A stretch of DNA of 64,000 nt from Phoronis australis (Eukaryota > Animalia > Phoronida), in NCBI GenBank assembly GCA_002633005.1, contig NMRA01000043.1, forward strand, positions 338,018 to 402,017, in the 5' to 3' direction. Below, one piece after another: positions 1 to 12,600 of this stretch; position 1 is the first letter of the stretch; each line of letters opens with the position of its first letter. A model generated the notes under the pieces. That model did not search any database, had not been told where the DNA came from, and saw only the letters and a program-made list of their open reading frames with translations. The translations under genes were made by a program, and so were the position numbers.

Positions 1-180
1 TCTCTACTAACCTATCTTGCCGCAGAATACTCGCCGATGGAAAGTGGTGGCGACAATTGTTGAAAAACAGCACAAAACAAAAGTAGAATAGAACAGATTC
101 GCACGGTAAAGTCAACGCAAAACCAAGTGGCGGGAAACGGTTGCCTCCTAAAACGTCACTTCCGGAGTAGCGGACGAGTA
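1..180 (-). promoter_or_regulatory. Possible promoter and first exon of a gene running off the left edge
   Basis: CpG-richer patch, ETS-like CACTTCCGG at ~157-165, and a donor-like AG|GTTAGT at ~11 on the minus strand. Confidence 0.25.
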
Positions 181-2798
181 ATTAATAAAATTACGAAAAG
201 CTGTATTTAAGTGGAAAATATGTCTAGGATAACCAACCAACCTTATTTTAGCTTAAAATGACATGGAAAAAGGTTGCCTTCGCCTTTAACATAGAGTGGT
301 GTGAGGAGAAGTGTTTACTTACTGAATATGCCCTCTGTTGAGAAGATTAGAATGCAATCGGTAAGACACGTTGGTTTACCTATTTTCCCATCCCGGGATG
401 ATCCCGGGAATACTTTCAAAGTTACAAACAGTTGGAATTTATGCAGAATTTCATATTTTTTGCCTCTAAGATTTCAAGGTTGTTCCATTCTTGTGCCTCA
501 CAAACTATACCCTTGAACACAGCATTGATTTTTAAGTAATTAAAATTATTTCATGATCGAATGTTTTGCCTATTCTGGCTAGGGGTATGTGAAAAACACA
601 GAGTTCATGAATACATTGTCCTCCGTCTTATTTTAGTGTTACGTAGGAATGGATTCCACGCACAAATAAATATATATTGGGAAGCAACTGAAGATTAATA
701 AAAAGCGGTTTGGCAAGCAAGCGCATGTTGGTCACTCATGGCAGTCCCGGTGTACAGTAAAGAGACAGCTGTGACCCTCGTGTCCCAGCTACCCCTCTCA
801 TACTCATGTAGACTGTGAATTTCATCTAGGAACCCATATTGGTTCCTAGATTTCATGCATGATTTATTGCAATCTTGACCAATATTCAACGGCTCGCCAG
901 ACAAGAGTGGTTTCAGGCTTGGTGGCACTGAACACTTAAGCTGCGGCCGCGGCCAATTTGCACTGCCAAAATATTAAATTTTGGAAGAAGCCAAGTTTAG
1001 GGGCATTTTGTAGGTAGGCCGCATGGTGGGCTCAGTGGATGTGGTTTGCTTGTATTTGTGAACATGTTGAGAATGAAAAAAGAGCACTAGCTCGGCTGTA
1101 GCTGCACTCTTCTTCAAGATGGCGGCCACCGGTTGCAATTGGCCTATCGCCAGGATTTTGATTTGCGGCTTAACTGACCATTTGGAACTCATCATATTCT
1201 TGACACACCTTCATTTCCAAGCGGCCATTTTACCCGACAAGCAACAGGTTGTTGGGTAAAACTTATTGTTTGTTAGACGACGCAAGGGGGCAGAGCTTGC
1301 GATAGGTCAACTGTGCATTGCTGGGTAGCGACTGAGAAATTGGCAGCGATTTCAGGTAGCCCCTCAAACATTAAGCCAAAATTCATTTCAAAAAAAAAAC
1401 GTGTTGCCGTTCTATGACAGTACTTTTGGACCACATTTTCGGAATTGGTAGGAAATTTGCTTTCAGAATCTAATGTTGGCTTTAGTCATACATCAGCAGC
1501 TAAGTGGTGGTTTTGACGTGAAAGGTGCCGATTTTGTGCTTTTTTTCTTAGCCGCCTACCTTAATTGCTTTTCAGTAGAAGTGAAAGGGCCAAAACTCCG
1601 AGGCACAATATAGTTACTGTTCTCATCTGTAGGTCTTTTTATGTGAAATAATTGAAAACATGTCATTCTTTGCATCCTGTTTTCGACAGAATGCAGAAAA
1701 GGTAACAAATCAAGTAACGTGTGTTTTCAAAACCTAGCCAGAACTGCTCTGTGCCTCCTAACGCCTATGTCACTTACTAGTCCAAGCTTCGTTACCTTTG
1801 ACATACCCATGAGTTCTTGTAATTGGTTAATGCGAGCATGTGTCATGACGATAAGCTCCACCTAGCGGATCACGAATGTTATAAATTTCGGGCAGCGACT
1901 GACTTTCAGAGGCCTGCTATGGATGGCGGAGGTCACTTATTGAAAGGGAAAACACAATAATGTGTGGTTAAATTATTCTACACTATGATACATTTTAGGA
2001 AAAATATGACTAGGATACAAAAAACTTACTCTCCAACAAAAAAATCAAAATGTTGTCATTGCATGTAAGGCTTTGCTATATCAGTTCGGGCTTTAAGGTA
2101 CATTATCGTTTTATGGCTGAAAAATATGCATCTTTGGGATTATTGTTGGGTGGACTTTTTGCAGTTGTCAGCTTCAACCAGAGTGATGAAACAACAACAT
2201 TCGTAGTATATAGTGCTTTTATTACTAATCGCCAATTCTCGTCGATGTGTGCAAGTCATTCACTGAAATCAAGGCCGGTAACTTTACAAGTTAAATGCGA
2301 TTAAAATATTTATCATTTATGGAATATAATTTAATTCGTCAGTTAAGTATTTGGCTACGAATCTGAGGGCTACCGGCTCGGATCCGCGATGGGGTTGATA
2401 TCAGAAAATCACTTTGCTCACCAATAATGTTACTTTAACGTTAGTTCACAAAATCAAGTACAATAATACGTAATCGCTTTCCTATAGTGCAATATATTCA
2501 GCCAAAGGTAAAAAACGCATGGTTGCTTAAAGTTGAAATTCTACAAAACCGAAAACGGAGCGTCTTCGAACTAAACCAGAATATTTTTGGTATGAGTAGA
2601 CAGTCTCATTTCAAAATAAATTTATTGCATTTTTACCGAATTGTAACACGTCACTATTTTGAAGCTTAAAATTAACATGAAACTGGTCCCAAAGTTATTC
2701 TTATAACTACTACTTTGTTAAATTAATATTGTGCAAAGTAAAATCATAATATAAAGTACTTGTACAAGAAAACGCCCTTCACTATTCATTATCAGTAT

Positions 2799-3600
2799 CT
2801 ACTCTAGTGTCTTTCCAACCTTAGGCCTGATGTGCTCCTCTCTTCTCATTGCGCATAGCCTGGGAACGAGTACAAACATAAGAAACACGCTAGCCATAGT
2901 TGTGTTTCCAACACAAAACGCTGGCATTACGTAAGTTCCTCCAATCATGGCCACGACGTAAATCCAGGCAATCATGGCGCCTGCCGAGAACAGCCACGTG
3001 ACGAATAAAAGCTTTGCCTCGTGGTAAAAAGCGCGTGAGCAGCAGCATCGGAAAATCGTCACCAGCAGCACGAGGAAAAGGAAAAAGATGTACCACAACG
3101 ATACGAGAGTTTGCTCATTAACTTCACAATGGGAAATAAGCGAGAATTTTGGAGGCTCGTAACGACCATGGATTGGCAATATTTTCGTTGTCGGAGCTGG
3201 CATGTCAAGATACAGACACTGTATGAGAATGGCTATTTCGGGAAGAACAAGGAAAAGCAGAAAGGCGAGTTGTTTTCCAGTGGTTACATGCTCCTTGGAC
3301 GTGTCGTGAAGATGAACGGCTTTTGCTCTGAGAATCAACACAGACAGGGCTAACGCATTCAGAAATTCAATAGCGGCTTTATTAACACTACAGGTAATAA
3401 ACGACGGTGGGGAGAGTAGAGAAAAGTTGAGAACAAACATTAAAAACACGGAAAACAAGAGAAGAAGAAGAAGTCCAGGAAACGTCGACTTGTATTGGCT
3501 GCAGCAAAACAGAACCAGAATCAACAAAACTACCGCGACACCGACTGAAGACAAGACAATGATAACTAGGCCAAAAGTTGTGCGTTCCTGAAAGAGAGCT
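2799..3600 (-). other. Class C 7TM domain (7tm_3) with very short C-tail
   Basis: Seven hydrophobic segments in ORF 2799..3743; TM3 Cys (ITCSV), ECL2 Cys (SHCE), HEAK and VPRL motifs. Confidence 0.9.
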
Positions 3601-6600
3601 CCAAAACGAGGCTTTGAACCTTTGCCGTTTTGAGAACTTTGGAGGCAATGATCACAGTTCGACTCGCACCACGACTGCACGCGCGAACCTTCTTTTGTGT
3701 AAAACTGCGGCTGACGCGAAAGCTTGAGGGCACCGTTCCACACGCCAACCTAAAAATAAACATAAGATAGTGATTCGTTGTACGCGGGGCATAGTGAAAC
3801 AAATCGTTTTTCATCAATTTCCTGCTATAGAACTCTTAAAGCTAGAACAGTTTAGTCAGCACTTATTTCCAACAACGCAGGATGTTTTTTTTTTAATTAG
3901 ATTGTTTGATTGGAGAAAGTTTTTGTTTAATTTTGTCATTTTGTTGATGGGCCACAAAATGGCCAGCGAAGGTAATGAACGACAGGAATCTTTTTGGTGC
4001 ATAAACTTAGAAAATTGACCATGAAAACACAAAAACACAAAGGCTATCAATTTTGAAATATTTAAGTGATTTCTTCTGGTCGATGGAACTTGCTGCGTGG
4101 ACAAGCAAAAAAGTATATCTAGAGATTCTCGATTATATATTCCCCTCAGAAATTCAGCTGAGATCAACAACGTGGTAACTTTAGACAGCCACTGCACTTC
4201 ATACCTGCACAGCTGATATTTTCTTATTGACTTCGTAGTATCTCATAATATTCAAGTGCGGTCGAAGATGCCCGTTAGAGTCAAACATGTACGTGTTTAT
4301 GCCACTGTTTCTAGTCACGAGTGATTCGTTCACAATCAGCTGGAACATTTCTTTCGTAACAGAAGGATTGAAAGATTCTGGACAAGACAAAAACTTATAA
4401 TTTCCACACAGACGTTGCAAAATCCTTTCCGCATTCGATACGTAGAGGGATATTCCATCTATAGTTGCCTGCGTGTATGGTGTGACGTATTGACGAACGT
4501 CAGATTCGGTAAGCTGCTCTCGCCCGGTACAGTGCTTATTGTACATCCGGCCACTTCCCAGGTTGCATTTGAAATGTTCTTGCCAGAATTGCGACATCCA
4601 CGGGTCAGATCGAATATCTTTGAGTGTGGTCTGCCGTACGTAATGGATGAAACCTCCGTCCAGTTTCGGATTGTGGGCAGAAAGCGTAATTGAATTCTTG
4701 ACGACTTTTGGATATTGCGATTCTACTCCAGGCTGCCAAGCAGTACTACTGAGAAGGTACAGGTCTGAAGCATGATTTTTCACTGAGGCGAGAAACTCTC
4801 TCGCGGCATCGTCTGACAGGAAAAGTACAACGACTGGCGTATCCTTTCGTTTAACCAAATTTTTAGCAAGCCCTGATGCAAACGTTTCGTTGCCTAGTTT
4901 AAACACGTACTCAGAAGCCGAACAATATCCAGCTTTTTCCAGCATTCGTTTGAAGGCAGCCATCTTGTCTTCATTATCGGGCGAACAAACTAGAGACACG
5001 TGAGACCACCTGACCTCCTTCAGGAAGTCAATCATAGCTTGCAGCGTGTATAGTTGGTCTGCGGACAAGCGAACGAGAGTTTCCTGAGCTGTTCTGTTTT
5101 TGGACATGGTTGAAGAAGCGACTGGTGTCATCTTTAAAAGAAATTCACCTTAAAATAAGATTCACATCGTAGTCAGTGACGTTGCCGTTAGCATCAATAA
5201 TGAGTTCGTCTGGACAAAACAGAGAGCCAATGTCGTAAATCTTATTGCACAATACTGATGCAATATTTCCATTTTGGTAGAAGTTAAGCATTACCGATAT
5301 TTATTACATTTTGTACACAATGTGGTGGAAAACAAAATTTATCGAAGAGATGTGCCTCTGACTGAAAAAGTAAGCAGACGTGGTCTCCCTCGTTTCCAAT
5401 CGACTACATGAATAGACCTAGTTCGGGTGTAGGCATGGTGCCTCTAGACAAGTGTAGAGACAGATTTCCTTGCCTGCATTTAGTTCCCCCTTTGACTTTC
5501 AGCGTAGTTGTAACGTGAACAGAAAAACGCAAAAGCAAATAAGCTTAGCAGAAAACCCAGCGTTCGAGCCGCGGTCGGGACATAGATCTTTTCTGACTAT
5601 ACGTCACGTGATGCGACCAACGTACGGCGTGTAAGAAGATTAATAATTCTTGCTTATACGATATCAAAACGATAATTTATAACAACGCAATTAGGTAAAA
5701 GCACTTGCATTACCTGAAGATGAAAATTATTTGGGTACATTTGCAAAGCTCTGGTAACTTTGTCGGAATATCCTCCAAAAAGTAGCATCTCATACATCCA
5801 TATTGGCACAGCGTTTTCTTCAATAAATGTTTGATAAGTGACCGAAACAGTTGATAGTAATTTTTTTGCACGATTGGGATCGTCACAGTCGTCGAATATC
5901 AAATAACCTGTAACAGACAAGTTGCCTTATATCAAAACAGTGTCCTTCTGATAAAGAAAATATAGGTTATGAAATCAAACCTAATCTGTCACTTGGCAAA
6001 TGGCTGCTTTACTTAGTCGCGAACATGCTGCAGTTTACGAAAGACTACAATTTAAAAGATCATTTATTTTTCTCCCTAAATACCAACACAGCAATATAAT
6101 AAAGCTGCATGATAACAGCGTGCAGAAGGGAAGGGAGACGGGGCTACAGGGTGAGCCCCGGCACCACACACAGGGGGCATCCAATCACTATGGCTAAAAT
6201 TTGAAATTGAGACTGTTTCACTCATGCATTTGAGTAGAGAGGGGCATCCAATAAAAATAGGCCAAACCTCTGCACGGTATTGCGTGACTTTGAACCTTTT
6301 TGCTATTGAAATCTTCAGATCCTATTTGCACATAGCTCTTCTGCACTTACCTAAACCACTGCCGTTGAAGGAGTTCCGCATTTTCGCTGCAGCAAATTCC
6401 ATGGCCTTCATATTGATGAAGCCCTCCGCACTAAACTGCCCGCAGATCCGCCCATCGCCGTCTGACTTATGAATGGGTACCATGCCAAGAAATGAAAAAG
6501 GTTTGGATAAATGTTTATATTTGATGTCCATGTTAAATTCAGACAAGCACGCGCACTTGTCGCATTTTTCCTTCATGTCGGATATGGCTTTTCCACCCAC

Positions 6601-9600
6601 TAGGACAACCGAAGTTGAGTTCAGTTGCAGGATGCCCTTTGCCCAGGAACCAACCTTCGAATATTTATAAGAAGAGTTGTCTTCTCGTTTGTAGTTGAAG
6701 ATTTCGTAATGCGGTGCCGAGTTTCCAAACATATCGAAGCTGACGTTACGTCCAGTCTTACTGACGAAAGCAACCTTTTTAATATAGTTGTTCACTAGAC
6801 TTAAGTCTTTTACTGGCGGACACTTGCTGGGGTTGCTTGGACAATGGTCAGATATGAGATTGTGTAGAGCATGAGCAAAGGCAAGCACGGCATCGATGGT
6901 GGCGCCGGCTTGTGGCTGGATATCCTGATCATTAAAAGTCTGATTGTTGTCACAAGGAACACCGTACGTCATTTTTTCGGGGAAGTCACACTTAAATTTG
7001 TATTGCCAGTAATCTTTCAGCCAAATGTTTTGATTGTCGACATCTGGGCGAATGGATTTGAAGTGGTTCAAAAATGAAGCATTTTCCTTTGGCAAACTCT
7101 TGCGCGAAGTCAGAACAAGAGCACCAGCTGCAATATCATCGAGATCAACTGTCACGTATTTGTCTGTTCCCCAATGACTTGTTCCGATCCATACAATATC
7201 GCTGGTGTTGTTGCCGTAGGCGTTTTTTACAGCCCTGAGCATACCACGCGCGTCTTCACTCCGCCCAAGGAAAACTACATTTTTTGGTATATATTTGCTT
7301 TTAAACATTTCAGCGTATGTTTGAAAAGTACCCCTGGTCCGGTAATATGGTTTTAGGTCAATGACAGCCTGTACACAAACGCCACTGTCTTTAGACATTT
7401 TCAATATTTCTTTGGCACCACTCTCGCCAGATTGTCCTTCAGAGTACATAACAGTTAAATTTTTCAAACCTAGGTGTTTTACAAGATCCATTAAAGCCCT
7501 TATTTCATTTGTGTCGTCACTTATTGTCCTCACGAAGTGGGGATACTTTTCTTTGTCACTAAGAGATGGACTGGCATCAGACATGCCGATAACGGAAGTT
7601 TTCGTCCACCCAGTGCAGTGAAGAAGATCTTCCGTTGATACACCCCAGGTAGGCCCTATATAGACAGACGGAAGCACTGGGTCACCATCGCCGTCAGTAC
7701 ATCTGTCTTTATGTAAGATTTGGTTCACTAGGCGAACTGAACGGCTGTTATTGTGACATGTATTCAGAATTGTAGCGCTAAGCTTTGTGTTGGGGAGAAT
7801 ATCCGGATTGTTGTTCACTGCGTCGACAGTGAACAGCATGGCTTCTACACTTTGGAAGTCAGCATCCGTGAAGCTATTCAAATCACATTCCTTGTCACTT
7901 CCGCCAGGCCGGTTGACGCCAAATAGCCCCGCGATTACCACACCACTGTCACCAACCAGCATTCTGCAAAAGATTAATTTATAATTTAATGGTCCTTAAA
8001 CCAAAAAACTGGTACTGCCAATCAGGCAAATTGATGATTTGCAATCCTTGCCTTTAGAGGCACAAAGACAACGCTAAGCGTTGATGTACGCCCTCAGAGT
8101 ACCACCATTTCTAGGGTTGCTTACCAGTTTCATGTAACGTTCTAGGAGACAACAATCCGGCCCCACAACAGCACCGCCAACCGTATGCCTAGGGGTGTTT
8201 ATTAGTATCACGAAGATAACTAGGCCTACTTGGTGGCGCACAATATGTCGAAACCTCCCGAAAATGGAAAGGCTTCGTTGACTAGGTAACGACAAGGTGC
8301 GACCATATAATAATTATGTACCTCTCAGCCTTTGATGGAGGGTTCAAGCAGGGACACTTGGAGCACATAGATAATGCATTCGGTATTGGATTACTTCCGT
8401 TATAGAACTTAATGTTTCCCGTCATGTTGAGATGCCCGTATGAGAAGTGACCAATCTGGAAGAGGATGATAATATCACGTATGCTTTTGATGTACATTAT
8501 GGATTAATGAGCGACGATCTTCGACAACGGCAATATGGTGCAAATGGTGGTGACGAAAATGGTGGCGCTGACATTATGAACTGATAACAGTACATTGTAT
8601 TTTAATCTACATTTTACTACCATTAAAGAATCTTGAAAAGCAGATACCTACCTCGCGGCTGGTAACCTTTGGACCATCTAGCTGGGTATTGAAAATGTCA
8701 GCTTCGGGATTTGCCATGTCTCCATTTTCGTCGAAATATATTTTTGTTCCTGCTAGTGACTCAAAACTTTGCTTCCGAATGTACCGAGTCATTTCTTTGG
8801 CAGACATCTCCGACATGTTTTTACATAGACCCGGCTTACCACTACAGTGGTTACCGTGAGCTTCCTTGAGTGCGTTCGCAAACGCAAAGACTGCTGACAC
8901 AACACTAGACGTGTATGGATACTCTTCGTACGACTCCTCCCGTTTTGATTGGTCGACAGCAGCTTGTGACGAGTTGTACAAATGTTTCCAGTACTCAGAA
9001 AACCAAGGATTGTTAGTGTATTTGGCGGGGGTAAGGCTGAGGTAATATGTCTTAAACTCTTTCATCTCCTTGATTGTGGAGTACATGCTGACCACTCCCG
9101 GCAAGTCGACATTGTTGACCTCAGGGAGGAGGAATATAAACATGGTGCTGCGGTCGAGATTTAGCGATTTGTAGACGCTGAAGAAATAATCCATCGTTGA
9201 AGTGTAGAGTGCTACTACGACGCCATGGGCACCTAAAATGAAGTTACGTCAAATTAAATTTACAGTTTGGGGCTCTCGAAAGCACGTCTGCAAATGTGTG
9301 GAATGGAGAGCAGCTGAGTTATACTGAGACACAAATGTTACTCACTCTAACTATAATATACATAATGAATAGAAATATGTTACAGATACATGTATAATAT
9401 TGGATATATGCTCTGGCCAATTCCAGTGAAGAATCTTTCAGTCGTGTTTTTATCTTGTGCATGTAATTTGTCGTTCAATGTAGTTAGTACTAAGCATGCA
9501 CTCACCAGTTTCCATGACTTTTGCGAAGAACGCTTCTATTGCGGCTGGCTCAATCGTAGCATCATTTTTAATTTTCAACAAATTCGTTATACACACACTC

Positions 9601-12600
9601 TCCTGTGAGGCTTGCCGAGTGAATTCGGATTGGATACTTTCAGTTACGGGGTCGTTGCCTGCGATCATGGATACGTGGGACCATCCCAGTATCGATGTAA
9701 GGATTTTCATCCAAATCTGAAACAAATCGATAAGGTGACAATGCGAGTGGAGGCCTTTGGAAACCATGATGAGAAGTCAATAATGGTATTTACCGTGTGT
9801 GCGTTACTATACACAAGATGTCAACGCTTGCTCAGTTTCCAAAGAACATCTGACGCTATTTGTGACTGTCCAGGGACTAATTTTGCAATTGAAATTATAG
9901 TTCCTAGGGAACAATATGATTCAGGGTGGGGTGAAAGAGGGGCTGAGGTTGCGCCACGGTTCAAGCAAGTACAATTGTCGATTTCACTTTTCTCAACCTC
10001 ATTTTTTCAAGGTTTACTGATCACGGCAGATTTTTGCTCCTCCTCTGGCTGTCGCTAAGTCTCTAGCCTAGAGACCAATAATTCTTCGGCAGGCCGCCAA
10101 AACGGCTGACCCTGCCCGGTCGTCCTGATCCCAATTTTTGTCCACATTGACGGATTCGAACGATTTTACGACTCACAACAGTCTAAACCTACAAAATCAG
10201 GTTTACGACAACATTCAAATCACGGTTCATGGATATGAAAAACGTCAAACTCAGGTTGACTTCACATACTACAAAAATGACGTTTTACGGGTCGTTGAAA
10301 GGACTTTGCGCCTCTCGCCGTTAACGCATAAATTTCGTATTCTGACATTTTAATCGCAGAACATATGTTACGGACACAGATTCTGAAACATTTAGTTTGG
10401 TGATGGAGATTACCTTCACAGATGCACCAGCATTAGCAACAGTCCTGCTGAAGTATGGATGTTCTGTCTTGTCACTTAGTTTGGTGGCCTGGGAAAGTCC
10501 ACTTATCTGTACCATGGAGTTCAGTGGAGTGATTATCTCGGATATTTTCATTGAGTTTGCGCTGTATTTCTCACCGATAATACCTGCAATAGGCCTATAT
10601 AGATCCCGAAAGTCTCTTAGAAATTCAAGAAGAACAAAACTCCAATTGAAATACTGATGCATCGTTCATGATTTCTAGAAGGTATTAGACATTGTATGGA
10701 AAGTGCAGTCATGTGTTGAACGCGTGAATGAAGGGTACACGTGTTTGATTTGGTATGATAGTGTTTTTTTTGACTCAGAAGGCTAAAAAGATTTTTCATG
10801 AAAAGTAATTTGACTTTTTTATTCTCGAAAGCAATACCAACAAGTCTTCCACGTTGCGCTCTTGGGAGTTGTTCTCGTCACTGTATAACATTACTAAGTG
10901 ACTTCTCAAGGGACACAGAATGCCGAAGCGAGATAGTAGGTTTTGAAATAAGACTTTTTAACGAAACGGGTGCAGCGTTTTAGAAAGGACGGCCGGCATT
11001 TGATTGCATTTGATTGCCAATGTTTCAAACTAGTGTGGGAACACCGATTAAAGTCTCTAGGAATAATTGTTAGACAATGTTCGAGTATAAAAAATCATGT
11101 ATGCATACAAAAATACGTTTAATTTGAATTTCAACCGTCCTACTGGCCTAACTTGGGCCCTGAAAGAATAATTATTATCGCTGCATGTGGCTTCAAAACA
11201 TATAATTACTCGCCAGTTATGCTATCACGTTATTCTCCAGACTGAGATGTTCAGGTCGTGCGCATTTCCACAGTTCAACAACTCTTATGGTCTTTGTTAC
11301 CTGGATACATTACAACAGAGGACGCATTACAACTAGCTTTTCTCTGTGCTTCCGCCACTGAAATGTAGTCCATCAGGCTATTCTGGGCACGATTGATGTC
11401 ACCGCATGTGTCCCAGGCTATACCTCCTGTATTCAGAGAAAATGGGAAACGCATTAGCTTATTGTCTTTGCACTTTCGCTGGCATTAAAGGGAGAAACTT
11501 TCAGAGGCGGATCTACGAGGGGTTCAACCCCCCCTCGGGACAGGTTCAAAAATAAAAATTAAAAAATGTCGGCAGGAAAACAAAATCAGATACTAAAAAC
11601 AAAAAATATTACACGGGAGGGGGAACCCCCCCCCTTTACTGAAAACGTAGATCTGCCACTGACTTTTATTTAGTCAAGATCATAATGTGAATTTAATATG
11701 CATGCATTTGAAAACAACATTTTACCAAATACTCAGCGAGTATTTCTGTCACAGTGGAGTTACTTAATATACCAAAGATAACCCTCAGTTCATATTGACG
11801 CTAACGTCATTTTAGAACAAAATACTATTGAGCGCATCACTTGAAAGAAGTCGACAGTTCTTTGAACAATAATTACTGTATTTTCTACTATATTCTCGGC
11901 AAGAAAAGTAATTTTACATGAAGCAACATTAGCGCGGAATGCAACCCAGATGATCCGCAACAGCATCCGAGCGATCTGCCGCTGAGCCGCCAAATCTCAC
12001 CCGTTAAATACATGTAGCGGAGTCGGGGAGAAAAACCATTTTTCGAAATCGGCTCCAATACGGAATAGAACCCGAAGCTCTCACATCGCAGCCAAACGTA
12101 CTGTTGGCTGAGCTAAATCGCGTTCACAAAACGGCAAAGTATTTTAAGCGTGTCTATCTTGTAAAGACAGTGGCTTTAATTTCAGCGAATGTCTGGCAGG
12201 CGGCGATTTGGAATAAAACCTCAAGAACACAACGGATTTGACCGTTTTATAGCTCAGGTCAAAGCGAATAGCAGTCTATCTCATGCATCATTAATCACAG
12301 CAATGCGTCTTTTCGACCGTAAAAAGTTAAAGTCTCTTTACTGAAGCGTTTGACCCGATTGGGGCTCTGGTTTCAGCAAATGCCTGGCAGATCACAGTGG
12401 ATTTTGTTGCTCTGGTGAAAGCCAATCACTTCAAGAAGCCTATCCATCGAACAATAATTATCGAAATGCGTTTTTCGACAGTAAAATGATAATGTCGTTT
12501 TAACATGGTTTCTGTCAGCTTCTGTGGTTTGTGCTGTAGTTAGTAACAGACTTGTAAGACGTGTCAGTCCAACTGAATAACAATTCCTTTATTTTGGTAT

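Noticed and set aside
12045-12116. tRNA gene on the minus strand (TAGCTCAG...GGTTCTATTCC)
   Set aside because: A- and B-box-like motifs are degenerate and I cannot fold a proper cloverleaf; at most a tRNA-derived repeat remnant.
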